A stretch of 64,000 nucleotides of DNA, taken from the NCBI GenBank assembly GCA_964016885.1, contig OZ024753.1, positions 44,206,001 through 44,270,000 on the forward strand, read 5' to 3'. The notes beneath the pieces are model-generated. The model searched no databases, was not told where the DNA came from, and saw only the letters and a program-made list of their open reading frames with translations. This document shows positions 1-12,439 of this stretch, in pieces (the first letter of the stretch is position 1; the number at the start of each line of letters is the position of its first letter). The DNA comes from Eledone cirrhosa (lineage: Eukaryota). The position numbers and the translations under genes were made by a program.

Positions 1-269
1 AGTACTCATACATATATATGTAGGTGTGTGAATACACACAGTCAAACACACACACACACACTCACACATATATAAACAGAAAATCCTCACAGAAAGACAC
101 TTACATAATACAGAAAGACAGACTGACAATGCGACATGCTAGTTCTCAATATATATATATATGTGTGTGTGTGTGTATATATGTGTGTGTATATATATAT
201 ATCATCATCATTATCAATTAACGTCTATCTTCCATGCTAGCATATAGATAGATATAGATATATATTTAT

Positions 270-390
270 CCTGGGTTCAATCAGGGGTAACCGCAGTAAG
301 TAAGGGACTCAATACATAGCAGAGTATAAATATATAATATAGAAATGGCTTCTACAGGACTAGAACTGTTTCATTCGGAAGAAATCATCA
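270..390 (-). mobile_element. (TA)n-associated short repeat, family B, with hammerhead-like motif
   Basis: Shares CTCAATACAT..AGAGTATA..TTCTACAGGACTAGAACTGTTTC..GAAATCATCA with other copies; minus strand TGATGA-TTTCttccGAAT-GAAAC..GTC. Confidence 0.65.
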
Positions 391-577
391 TGTGGGTATG
401 CTATGCATTCATGCAAATAGAGTTTAGCTGTCTTAATATGGGAAAAAAAACTTATAGACATGTCATATTGAAGCCTTTCTGAACAATTTCCCTATATCAT
501 CATCATCATCACATCAGACCATTTTTCACATGGTGGAGAATAGAGTCCAGGGCTCATGGCTGGCTGTGAAAGTGTCT

Positions 578-810
578 AGAGTGGCACCCCAATGACTGGC
601 TGTACGAGTGGCACTCCAACAACTGGCTGTACGAGTGGCACCCCAATGACTCGCTGTACGAGTGGCACCCCAATGACTGGCTGTACGAGTGGCACCCCAA
701 TGACTGGCTGCATCTGTGGCACATCTAGAGTGACACTCCACTGACTGGCTGCACCAGTGACACACCTACAGTGACATATCTAAAGTAGCACCCCAACGAC
801 TTGCTGCAAC
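578..810. repeat. 27-bp minisatellite, ~5 clean units plus degenerate units
   Basis: Unit GAGTGGCACCCCAATGACTGGCTGTAC. Confidence 0.9.
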
Positions 811-2219
811 AGTTGCGGTAATGTAAATAAATGAATGAATAGCTAATTTAACACACCTTTTTCTCACACAATTTATTTAAGCCTACATCCAATGTTTTTA
901 TACTCTCCTCAAATTTATCTTTTAATAGTTCATATAGCTTCCCTAGCTTTTAATTTATGAAAATTTTCCCTATCTCCATTTTAATTACTCTAATTTAAGC
1001 CTTTCAAGCTAAATTCATATGTCAACTCCACATCTTTCTATTTTTCTCAACTAATCTGTCATTTCTCTCCTCTATAGCACCAGAATGTATTGTATTTATT
1101 TATCATACTTTAAAATTCTTTATATATTTCATTTTCTCTACCTATTTAATTACTCATTCCAGCTCTTTGAGGTTCTCGTTAATCTAATGGATCTAACTTC
1201 ATTCTCTCGTCACCAATATTTCTCTTTATCCTGCCTTATCTTTAGTTAGTCGACCTCACCTGAAACCAACTTAATTTTAATCCTAACTCATTGCATTAAT
1301 CCCATAATTCTCTTCTTATCTTTCTTTTAACTAACTCTCCAGTTTAATTGATTTTTCATGCAATAGAATATCTCATACAATTTATATGTTTAGTCTATGT
1401 ATAGTTATTACACATTCACACAGGTAGACCACTCACATATATCAATATAAATGCATGTATGTGTGTATATATATATATATATTTATATGTGTGTGTAGAA
1501 ATGTGTTTGTATGTGTGTATGTATATATATGTGAGAGCATATGAATATGTGTGACTGTGTATGCATATATGTGTATGCGTATATCCTCCCTACAAATATA
1601 GTGTTATGTTATAATGTTTTTTTTTGTAATAATAATAATGGTTGTTACCATACCAGTAATACTGAGAATATTTTTAGTTAGAAAATAGAAAAGTCTTTGA
1701 ATGGTAATATGTTTGCCAGAATAAAACTGAAGTTCAACAGCCTGAGAAGCAAACGATTGTTTAGATTAGAGAAAGAAATGACGTTATTTCCTGTTGTAAA
1801 AGAATTACTCTGTTTGAATTTTTAATTTTTTTTATTCAAGATTTTTCCAAACCACATTTTTAGTTTTTATGTTGTTTAATTTTTGTTTTACTTCATAAAA
1901 TTTGTTGTCAAGGTCCCTTTAAATTTCAACGCAATTCTAATCTTATCTCAAAGAATCAAATACTTTTACTGGTAATTGATTTTTTTCCCCCCATTTTTTG
2001 CTGTAGGCAAGAGCAATGGGAGTGCTTGTTAGAGTAGTTCTCATTAGCCATCATCATCTCACCACAAACATCGATAGCATCATTGTGGAAACAAACTAAT
2101 ACTAGATACTAAACTATTTGCCAAAATAATTCCCTATTGATGACGCAAAACTGATGTCAGTAGGGATCTGATAATTTACAATTGGATGATAAAAAGTAAG
2201 ATAGAATATAGTGTTCTAT

Positions 2220-2778
2220 ACAGGATTCCAAACTACAGTAAAAACAGTAATAACTGTGATAACAGCAATAACAACGACAATATCTATAATAAGAGCAATA
2301 ACTGTGATAACAACACTAATAGCAGTAATAACTGTGATAATAACAACACCAATAACAACTAATAACTACAGGATTAATAACAACACCAATAAAAACAATA
2401 TTAACTACAGCAACAACAATGACAATATCTATAATAAGAGCAACAACTGTATTAACTACACTAACAGCAGTAATAACTGTGATAATAACAACTAATAACT
2501 ACAGGATTAATGACTGTAATAACAACAATAACAACAATATTAACTACAGCAATAACAATGACAATATCTATAATAAGAGCAACAACTGTATTAACTACAC
2601 TAACAGCAGTAATAACTGTGATAATAACAACTAATAACTACAGGATTAATGACTGTAATAACAACAATAACAACAGTATTAACTACAGCAATAACAACTG
2701 TAATAATAACAACAGAATAACAACAATAACAACAGTAATAATAACAGCTACAACAACTGTAAAAACAACAATAATAAT
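2220..2778. repeat. (AAC/AAT)-derived higher-order repeat, ~133-148 bp period
   Basis: CAGGATT anchor at 2221, 2369, 2502 and 2641. Confidence 0.85.
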
Positions 2779-2960
2779 GGTTTGTGGTTTAGGCACAGTC
2801 CACACTGTAACGTGGTTGGTGTTTGGAAGGGCATCCAGCCATAGAAACCAAGCCCAAACACAGATCCTTATGAGGAAGATGTGATCTCTACACCTGAATT
2901 GTCTCATAACGTGACAACTCGTCTAACCCATGCAAGCATGGAAAGTAAGTAGTAAGTAAA

Positions 2961-3286
2961 CATTTTTCGTCCGCTTTTTCCCTGCTTGCAAGGGTGGGAC
3001 GGGAACTGATTCAGGCTTGATTTCTATAGCTGGATGCCCTTCCTAACACCAACCTCATTTACAGTGAGTGCTGGATGCTTTTTTGTCGTGGCACCTCTAC
3101 GACCACTTTACAGTGGAATGATAGGGACAGCAGTCCTATCATCTCATTTCTACAGCTGAGTAAACTGGAGCAATGTGAAATAAAGTGTCTTGCTCAAGGA
3201 AACAACACATCACCCGGTCTGAGAATTGAACTCACAACCTTTCGATTGCAAGGCCAATGCTCTAACCACTAAGCCATGTGCCTCCA
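2961..3286 (-). mobile_element. SINE family A copy
   Basis: Reverse complement of 10885-11210 along its length. Confidence 0.9.
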
Positions 3287-5659
3287 TGTAATAGATGTTA
3301 AATGGTGATGATGATAATGATATATATATATACACATTCAAATGTGTGTATGTGAGTATGTATTTGTATGTGGGTATTTCTACTTGGAATAGAAGCTTCA
3401 GTAATGTGAGGAAAGACTTTAATTATCTTTCACAGACAATGGTATGGTGGGGGTGAGGAAAAACATGAACATTTATTAAGATATTTACAGTTGTTGTATA
3501 AAATCCAGAAATGAAATCTTAGCACTTCAGGTAATTCATTGTCAGGAAAACAAATAATTTCTTTTGACAATTTTATACATTATTTTGAAAAATGTTTTAA
3601 TTATTTATAAGATTAAATTTCAATATCAAATAGAAGGGTGAAAAGCAAAGTTGATCTTGGAAAAATTTGATCTCAAAATGTTAAGGGCAGTAACTAAACG
3701 CTGGTGTACATTTTGTTCAATATTGTAAGAATTCTGTTAATCTAATGACCTGAAAAGAATTTTAAAAATGTTAATTACTACAAAATAGATGTATTTGAAT
3801 TGCGATAGTCTTTTTTTAAAAATTTTATCTGATTTAAACCATTTGATACTATATTACTTAAAATGGCCCCCTGACTCTCCAATAAGCTGTTTGTTTTAAA
3901 GTGTTTATTTTTATTTAAAAGACTTCCATTATAATTACTACAAATTAAAAAGTCACTACCAGCAAACAACAATACAGTTATAATGATTTAAAAAATTATT
4001 TTTATCTTTATAAATGTTGAGAACTAAAACCAGCTGAACATGTGAAGAATGGTGTAGCTAGACTCCAAATAGTTTTATAAAACTGACAAGTTGTTAAATA
4101 TATCCTGGACAATTCCATATAATCAGTCGAGTACTTACACAAAATTGTATTTACACCATCAACAGGTTCTAATGTACAGAACGCTATTAATACAATATAA
4201 AATTTCACTTATTATATTCATTTATTTTTTCTGATAAAAAAAAAAACTCAAATTCTTCTGAAAAATTATTTACAAAATTTTTCACTCACAAACATTATCG
4301 ACAAAATCGCATTCTCACTCTGTTCAATTCTTTCTAGTATGTCAAGATATAAAAAAATATCTGATATTTTCTTCTTATTTTCTACACTTATAGACATAAA
4401 CATATACACACAAATACATATATATATATACATCAGTAAAATTTCATGTCCACACACATACACACACAAAAACATATACATGTACATGTGTATTAGTAAA
4501 ACTCATGTTCACACATATACACAAACAAAAAACACGTACATATGCATCAGTAAATCTTCACATTCACACACAAATATGCACACAATACACATACATACGC
4601 ACACAAAATTATATACATATGAAGCAGTAAAACTGGTGCTAACACACACACTCACATATACACATATGCAGGCAAGCAAACAATGGAAAATAAATAAAAA
4701 AGTAACAAATAAACCTCTAATCTTTCCTTTCTTTCATGGGCAACATTCTCAAGTATTAAACTTTGGTTAAGATACTTTGTTACAAAGTCTTCAATCATTT
4801 CTTCCATGGCAATGAATCCTTCAACACTGTCACAATAATATCAGAAGAATTGACATCTCTCAATAGTGTCTGGAACCACTTCACTATTGACAGCTTTGGA
4901 ATCTCTACAAATACTGCCTTATAAATTTAGCAGTTTTCTCAATTTAACATTGGCAAACTTCTTCTCTATGTCTGAGGTGTAGTAGTAGTAGTAGAAGCAA
5001 TAGTATTGGTCAGTAATGTGACTAGCTCTTCTGTTTTATTCGTAAAAAATATCCTATTCCTTTAACACTTTTGAGAACAACCATGGGCTCTATGATACAA
5101 GGTTGTTTCATTCATCATAATGTTATGTAAGAACCTTTGTTATGTTCCAAACAGCAGTTTGATAATGAGAAAGTTGGTTATATTAATTAATCTATCCATA
5201 TTCTTAATTATTTAAAAAATTATTTGAAAATTATTGGCAGTGTCTTATATAAAAATATGGTAACATAGATTAAGACTATGTCTTATATTTATAAGGATAA
5301 GGAGTATGGAAATATATCATAAGACAGAAACACCATTGTAAAGTAGAAACATCATTGCAATATTAAAGATACCATTACAGATGTTAATTCTTTCATTACA
5401 ATATTTCTAATAAAAGGAACTGCCTAGGATTTCCAAATAATGTTTTATATAATCCAGAATTTGGAAGGTTTTAGTAATATAACTAACTTTCTTGTTATTA
5501 AGCTGGTGTTTGGAAAATAACTTAACAAAGGTTCTTACATAAAATTATGATTGAATGTTTTTAGATGAAAATAAACACTTTAAAACAATTGACTTAGAAT
5601 TGCAGAGTTAGAACTAATTTCAAGCAATTTAGAAGGGAATAGTTTAAGCCAGCATTTTC

Positions 5660-5945
5660 ATTATAGCCTTCTATGTTTTGAGTTCAAATCCCACCAATGT
5701 CAACTTTGCATTTCATTCTTCAAAGTTGTTAAAATAAAGTACAAGTCAAGAACGGGGTTCGATTTAATAGACTTCCCCTCTCCATGACTCATACACTATT
5801 CACTTCCCTGACATTTGTATATTATTCTATGTACTATACATGCACCTTTGATGAGTTGTAGTGCACCTGAGCACTGTACACAATAATTTCATTATTATTA
5901 TTATATAAAATTGCAGGCTTTGTTCCTAAATTAGAAACTATTATT
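5660..5945 (+). mobile_element. Old SINE family B interrupted by a CR1-type 3' tail fragment (~5783-5903)
   Basis: GAGTTCAAATCCC..CTTTGCATTTCATTC, then GTTGTAGTGCACCTGAGCACTGT..(ATT)n, then GGCTTTGTTCCTAAATTAGAAAC. Confidence 0.7.
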
Positions 5946-7549
5946 AGTAGAATAGGAACTGCCAATTTATTAGTTGTTTTTTTGCTGTATGAATTTGTTG
6001 ATTTTCACTGAAATTTAATCTAAAGAAAATAACCTTTTAACTAATCCTACTTAATCCTGTTGATTTTTCTCCTGCTTGTAACACACTTATGGTTAGTTTA
6101 ATTGGTTAAGTCTTTTACTTACTTAAAAAACATATCTTTTCAGAACTTCAAACCTTGTCTCTACTTCACTCTATCCCGATACCAGATATAATTTAATTCA
6201 ACACTATCTCAATTCTAATACATCTCTTTTGAGTTGGACTAACAACAGAATGCTCAGTGTCAAAATCGATGGAGAACTCATCATGATCATGCACTTGATG
6301 AGATCAAACAATAGATCTGTGAATTAGGTTTTCAGTCTATTTAATCAGAACTGTTTAGTGATTAAACAACATCTAGTTATATAGTAAAATATACAGAACT
6401 AAGTGAAAGTTTATGGTTTCATCTCATCCATAAACTTTGTTTAGTCATATTTATATTTATCGTTCTCTTGTTTTTACAAATATCAAATAACCAATTTATT
6501 AAATCTAAATGTATTATTGATACTTTTATGAAAGACCTCCTCTTAAATGAAAGGCTATGCCAACTCATGTGGGATTTAAACAAAAATGTAGGTATACTAA
6601 ACAAAATTTTATAAAATATCTAATTTCACCAACACATAAATACCTCATAGTTTAGCTTCTATATAATGTATACAATTTGTAATTAATAAAGTTGGTTTTA
6701 GTTTTTAAAAAAATAATATATTTTTAAAATGTCAATTTGCTTGAAAATACAGCAATATTTTTTCGAATTTTTAATAGCCAATAAAAGTCAATTTTACTTG
6801 AGAATATAGTCAATATTATAATTTTATTGATCAATCACTTCTCATTCATATTTATATTGTATTTCTTTATTACTGTTTTCATTTTTTACAGATAAAACGC
6901 AATTTAATTTCAACCATCTTTACTTTCCTATTGATATCGCAGTTTTATTCCATTCAATTCTCGCTGGTATTTCTCACTTTTTCAATGTTTTCTTATCCTT
7001 ACTTTTAATGAAGTTCTCTATGATAACTATATATTTATTTGGTTGGAATTCTTTTTTAAGAATTTTATTGAATTCCTTAATATTTTTGAATGGTGAACCT
7101 ATATTTCATTATTCTATATCTAAAATAAAATCTACATTTTTTCAGTTTATTTTGTTTGTATCACAAAATAGAAGGGAGATAAATCTAACATTTGAGAAAA
7201 GAAAAGGAAAAAGAAAAAGCCAAACAGACTAAGAAAGCAATGCTTCTATTGGTCTTACCATTGTTGTTGCCTTTTACCAATCAGAAAATCAGACAGAAGA
7301 AGGAGTTGATTGTCAGAGCAGACTGAGAACGCAATGTTTCTATTGGTCTTTCCATTGGTGACACTATGTAGCAATCAGAACTCCAGACAGATCAAAGGAG
7401 TCAATTGTCAGATTGTTATGCCTATACACATCACAGCTCTTCCCATCACCAGTCTTTTGAATGAAACATTGTCTATTATCCATTCAAGGGTCTAAGAAGT
7501 TCCTTTTATACAAAGAATGTTCATGTGTTTAAGTGACGGCAAGATAGAA

Positions 7550-7750
7550 AAAGTATGCTAGTGTGTATGAACGACAAAGCAGAGATAAGTTGAGAGAAAA
7601 TTTGCTTCATAAAGAATTGAATGTTACTTGCAAGACTGCACAGGTATGGACATGTAATGTGTACTGATGAGGACTGTTAAGTAAAAAATTGACAGGAGTT
7701 CCAATGGAAACGAAGTAAAGGAAGAAAAGTTGAAGGACGATATAAGAAAT
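7550..7750 (+). pseudogene. Decayed RTE-clade LINE ORF, C-terminal fragment
   Basis: Translates SVYERQSRDKLRENL..RLHRYGHVMCTDEDC*VK, resembling the RLRWYGHVxR motif. Confidence 0.7.
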
Positions 7751-7789
7751 GGTGAACATTTATTTCAGAAAGGTGCTCTGTAAAGTGAT

Positions 7790-8088
7790 GTTGGTACCAC
7801 AACATCCAGTCCAAAATAAATGAGGTCGCGTAGGTGTCATGACAAAAAACACACAGTCCACGCTGTAATGTGGCCGTGTACGTAACATGGTAAAAAGGTC
7901 CCAGTCCACACTGTAAATGTGGTTGGTGTTAGGAAGGGCATCCAGCCATAGAAAACCTGCCAGATAGTCCTATACGATTGAGGCACAGTCACCCGACCAA
8001 TCTTGTCTCAAGTGGGACAATTCCTGTCTAACCTCATGCTAGCGTGGAAGATAGACATTAAACGATGATGATGATGATAATAATGATG
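7790..8088 (+). mobile_element. Family C copy
   Basis: Matches 10545-10835. Confidence 0.85.
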
Positions 8089-9852
8089 AACCTCACAAAG
8101 GAGAAAACAAATAAACTCAAAAAGTGACAATCTAATATTTTGGAAAGGATCTTATCCTAAACGTGATAAAATGAATGCAAAATTGATGATGATGATGATG
8201 GGGGTGATGACGATGGTAATGTTGATGTTGTTGATGATGGTGGTGGTGGTGGTGGTAATGTTAATGATGATGGTGGTGGTAATGTTGATGATGTTGCTGA
8301 TGATGGCAGCATTGTAGAAAATATGGAATAGGTGGAAATAATGTCAAAGTATATTATTAACACATTTCAAATCTTCTCACCTGAATTGCACTCTTGTTTA
8401 GTTCAACCTTTATTGATAGTATAAATAGAAAATACTCTCTGTTCTTTGTTATTAGAGAGGTAGGTGAGGGGTAGATAAGCCACAACCTTGAGATAAAAGA
8501 TAAATCAAAGCTGTTTTCAACTGTTTTTTCCTTCTTTGTTGTCATTTTCTCAGTTATTCATTTATCTCATCATCATTATCATCACCGTCATCATTATCAT
8601 CGTCACCATCATTATCATTACCATCATCATCATTACCATCATCAACATCATCACCATCACCATCATCATCATCACCACCACCAGCACCATCATCACCACC
8701 ACCATCACCATCACCACAAGCCACCCATTAATTCATTTGTTTATCTATATCATTATTTGTTAAGATGACACCTTTCTCTAAATCTGAGAAGAAGAAAGTA
8801 AAATAAAGTAAAATAAAATAAAATAAAGTAAAATAAAGTAAAAATAAAGTGTAAAACAATATATAAATATAAAACCTAAAAAAAACCTGATAAATTACTG
8901 AAGAGTCTTTCATTTTCCAGAGGTATGTTTTATACTGAAGTGAATTAATCTAATAACTTATCTGTATTCACAGGTAAGTCCCACAAACTGATAACATGTG
9001 TCATCACTTTTGTCATCATTAATATTGTTATTATTATTATTATTATTATTTTTATATTGTTGTTGTTAGTGGTGGTGGTGGTAGTAGTAGTAGTAGTCGT
9101 AGCAGTTGTGGTGATGGTGGTGGTGGTGCTAGTAGTGGTGGTTGTGGTGGTGGTAGTAGTAGTAGTAATAAGTGTGGTGGTGGTAGTGGTGGTGGTAGTA
9201 GTAGTTGTGGTGTTAGTAATAGTGGTGGTAGTAGTAACTAGTTGAAGTAATATCGATATTATAAATATTATTTCCTCAAGTTGCCTCCATTATATAAATA
9301 AGTACATTGTGGAAGTAAATTTAATTTTCTGTAAATCCTAACATAACAGAGTTACGTGCCTTAACTTTGGGAGCTCTCTAACAACAGAGATAATTTTCTT
9401 TTTTATCTGACAAGTTTACCATCTATCCAATCTAAGGGATAATATAATATTGTCTTACATCTACCCTACTTTAAGCATACTGATATTTCAATATTGCAAC
9501 AAATGGCATTTTATCTTTGATAATTTCCTATACAATTCTACAAAATAGATATATGAAATATTAATATATTGTAAGAATATTTAATGTGTGATATAGGATT
9601 GCACATTGTTGCTTTATTTTATCTCTTTATTATTATTATTGTTATTTTTATTAGTTTTTTATCACACTCACTTTGCTCCGTGTTGTTTAGAATTCACTGC
9701 TTCAGAATGGTTTTTTTCTTTCTTTCTTCTCAAATAATTCTCTCTTTTGTTCCATATCTCTGCCTTTCCCTCATTCTCTCATTCTCTGCTCTCATTCTGT
9801 ATGTAAATATTATCATTTTCTATAAATATTGCCCCCCCCCCCACACACTCAC

Positions 9853-10008
<156 letters not shown>

Positions 10009-10134
10009 GTAGGAGGTGAGTTTTATTGTAGTACAATAAAGCAATGCAGATATCGGATAAGAAGCACTCTACAGTTTGTAGGACTGGAGTATACATAATA
10101 TATAAGATCAAAAGATGGTTAAAAGAGTTCCATG

Positions 10135-10205
10135 TATTTTATTATGCGCATTTCAAAAACAAATATCATCATGCAATAATATTTGTGTTTACATCAGATA
10201 AAATA
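10135..10205 (-). ncRNA. Hammerhead ribozyme, family 1, inverted copy with core mutation (CUGAUGU)
   Basis: Reverse-complement copy of 10319-10389; core reads CTGATGT (A9 to U), helices retained. Confidence 0.75.
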
Positions 10206-10318
10206 GGAAGACATGATATGAAGGTTAAAAACACTTGTGGATAGTGCAGTTGATTCAAAACTGTTGATTCAAAACTGCACTATTCACAAGTGTTTTTAAC
10301 CTTCACATCATGTCTTCC

Positions 10319-10389
10319 TATTTTATCTGATGAAAACACAAATATTATTGCATGATGATATTTGTTTTTGAAATGCGCATAATAAAATA
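10319..10389 (+). ncRNA. Type I minimal hammerhead ribozyme (intact core), family 1
   Basis: TATTTTAT-CTGATGA-[AAACACAAATATTAT tgcatg ATGATATTTGTTTTT: ~15-bp helix II]-GAAA-TGCGCA-TA-ATAAAATA. Helix I is 8/8 Watson-Crick, helix III is the palindrome ATGCGCAT, predicted cleavage after AUA at 10381. Confidence 0.88.
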
Positions 10390-10439
10390 CATGGAACTCT
10401 TTTAACCATCTTTTGATCTTTTTTATATATATATACTCA

Positions 10440-10835
10440 GTAACAGAGAAGACCCGCCTTGCCAGTAGGCATCTCTCTAACAAAATACACCCCGTCCCGC
10501 CACCACCCCCACCCCATCCACACCACCCCGTTCTATGTAAAGTTATGTTGGTGCCGCGCCATCCAGGCCGAAACAAATGAGATCGTGTAGGTGTCACGAC
10601 AAAAAAACACACAGTCCACGCTGTAATGTGGCCGTGTAGGCAACACGGTAAAAACCTCCCAGACCCACACTGTAAATGTGGTTGGTGTTAGGAAGGGCAT
10701 CCAACTGTAGAAAACCTGCCAGACAGTCCTATGCGAGCAAGACAATCACTCTTGCCTCAAGTGGGACTACCCCCGTCCAAACCCATGCAAGCGTGGAACA
10801 CGGACGTTAAACATTGATGATGATGATGATGATGA

Positions 10836-10838
<3 letters not shown>
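10440..10838 (+). mobile_element. SINE-like family C with RTE-type tail
   Basis: CACAGTCCACGCTGTAATGTGGCCGTGTAG..GGTTGGTGTTAGGAAGGGCATCC..GGACGTTAAA(GAT)n; shared with five other loci. Confidence 0.85.
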
Positions 10839-10884
<46 letters not shown>

Positions 10885-10886
<2 letters not shown>

Positions 10887-11235
10887 GAGGGACATGGCTT
10901 AGTGGTTAGAGCATTGGCTTTGCAATCGAAAGGTTGTGAGTTCAATTCTCAGACCGGGTGATGTGTTGTTTCCTTGAGCAAGACACTTTATTTCACATTG
11001 CTCCAGTTTACTCAGCTGTAGAAATGAGATGATAGGGACTGGGGTCCATATCATTCCACTGCAAAGTGGTCATGGAGGTGCCACGGCAAAAAAGCACCTA
11101 GTACTCACTGTAAATGAGGTTGGTGTTAGGAAGGGCATCCAGCTGTAGAAATCAAGCCAGAACCAGTTCCCGTCCCACCCTTGCAAGTAGGGAAAAGCGG
11201 ACGTAAAATGATGATGATGAAATGATGATGATGAT
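10885..11235 (+). mobile_element. tRNA-derived SINE family A, full length, RTE-type 3' tail
   Basis: A box TGGCTTAGTGG, B box GAGTTCAATTC, CCTTGAGCAAGACAC body, GGAAGGGCATCC segment, (GAT)n tail. Confidence 0.9.
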
Positions 11236-11599
11236 ATATATATATATATTCCACCCCCCTCTCTCTCTCACATACACACTCTCAATCCTCCTATCACTCT
11301 CCACTGCTCTCTCTTTAAAAACGTATGGTATGTATATTAGTTGACACAAACATACACATACACCCCTGGATATTTTCATTCATCTATATAACGGAATATT
11401 ATTTTCATATATAATCCCCTTTGCTTTCTCTCTCGTTCTCTCTCAATTTATGTTTGTCTCTGTCTGTGTGAGTATATATATAATTATATATATATATATA
11501 TGAAGACCAGATACTACAACGGCACCATACCAAGTACATGTGTTTCATTAGCTCCGAAGACCAACTTGTTCAATCTGTGCTGATGAAAATGAACCGGAA

Positions 11600-11722
11600 A
11601 ATCTTGGATATTTTTATGCATCTATTACTACTAAGAACCGTGACGAATGGAGAGCTGCTGAATAGGACCTCTCCCACCCTTGCAAACAGGGAAAAGCGGA
11701 TGTAAAATGATGATGATGATGA
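11600..11722 (+). pseudogene. RTE LINE extreme 3' end with tail
   Basis: TKNRDEWRAAE* followed by CCCACCCTTGCAAACAGGGAAAAGCGGATGTAAAA(TGA)n, the same tail as SINE A. Confidence 0.7.
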
Positions 11723-11747
11723 TATATGCCTTTTTATATGTCAGAAA

Positions 11748-11860
11748 GGCATGGGCAGAAATTCCAAGGTGCACACAGTATAATCTATGGACACACAAGA
11801 TATGTAGCTAGGCTAAAGGAAAAGATAGACTTCATATGTGGCAGATGCAAAGGAGAAGTA
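11748..11860 (+). pseudogene. RTE LINE Cys-rich segment, frameshifted
   Basis: GMGRNS..RCTQYNLWTHKICS..RLKEKIDFICGRCKG. Confidence 0.65.
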
Positions 11861-11904
11861 ACCTCTCTAGGATGATGCCAATCTTTGTTTTGTTTTGGCT
11901 CACC

Positions 11905-12439
11905 TTAAACCTTTCCTGACCCCATTTCTAATGAAATACACTCCGTTTTAATTAAGTAATGAAGAATTTTGAAATATATATTAACATTATTAATTATAAA
12001 CAATCTATGGAGCTGAACTTATAGCATTTCTGCACTGAAGTACTTTCACTTTCACTATACTTATACAATTACCAGGGCGGTGGATTGGCAGTATCGGTAG
12101 AGGGTCGGACGCCATGCTTTGACGTATAGAGTTACGGCCCTTGCCATTCTGAGTTCAAATCCCGCCGAGGTTAACTTTGCCTTTCATCCTTACGGGGTCG
12201 ATAAAATAAAGTACCAGTAATGCACTGGGTAATTTCTGGCCTTGTGCCAAAACTAGAAACAACTATACTTATCCAATTACATAATAGATTATTTCAATAC
12301 TAAGATAGCAACTGAATGTAAGGTTCGTATATAAAATTATTTTGTAAGATTTTAATTTAAATTGGAAACCTTTAAACTGGGTGGATTTTTTTCATAGAAC
12401 CAGAGCTGGTTTTGGCTGGGTTGATAACTAAAGGGTTAA
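11905..12439 (+). mobile_element. TTAA-flanked MITE family 2, containing a SINE insertion
   Basis: TTAA-ACCTTTC..CATTTCTAATGAAATACAC ... CTAAAGGG-TTAA; related diverged copies near 5390-5640, 22510-22740, 26150-26400. Confidence 0.65.
12073..12262 (+). mobile_element. tRNA-derived SINE family B, full length, with TSD
   Basis: A box TGGCAGTATCGG, B box GAGTTCAAATCC, CTTTGCCTTTCATCC..GGGGTCGATAAAATAAAGTACCAG body; 19-bp TSD ACTATACTTAT(A/C)CAATTAC at 12054 and 12262. Confidence 0.92.

Larger units (their letters stand above)
10104..10420. mobile_element. Hammerhead-bearing element as a ~148-bp inverted duplication (Penelope-like pLTR arrangement)
   Basis: Arms 10104-10251 and 10273-10420 are near-perfect reverse complements; the centre has a tandem GTTGATTCAAAACT; TA-rich flanks. 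Confidence 0.7.

Noticed and set aside
840-1380. Purine-biased minus-strand tract resembling a decayed ORF (similar tracts at 3780-4340 and 62950-63560)
   Set aside because: Multiple stops and no motif I could assign with confidence.
7664-7700. CTGATGAGGAC as hammerhead start
   Set aside because: No GAAA partner; lies within the RTE coding remnant.
10885-10960. tRNA gene
   Set aside because: A and B boxes present but no proper cloverleaf; continues into a SINE body.
11528-11556. Minus-strand GAAAC-ACAT-GTA half motif near (TA)n
   Set aside because: Too short and no CUGAUGA; kept only as a possible relic.
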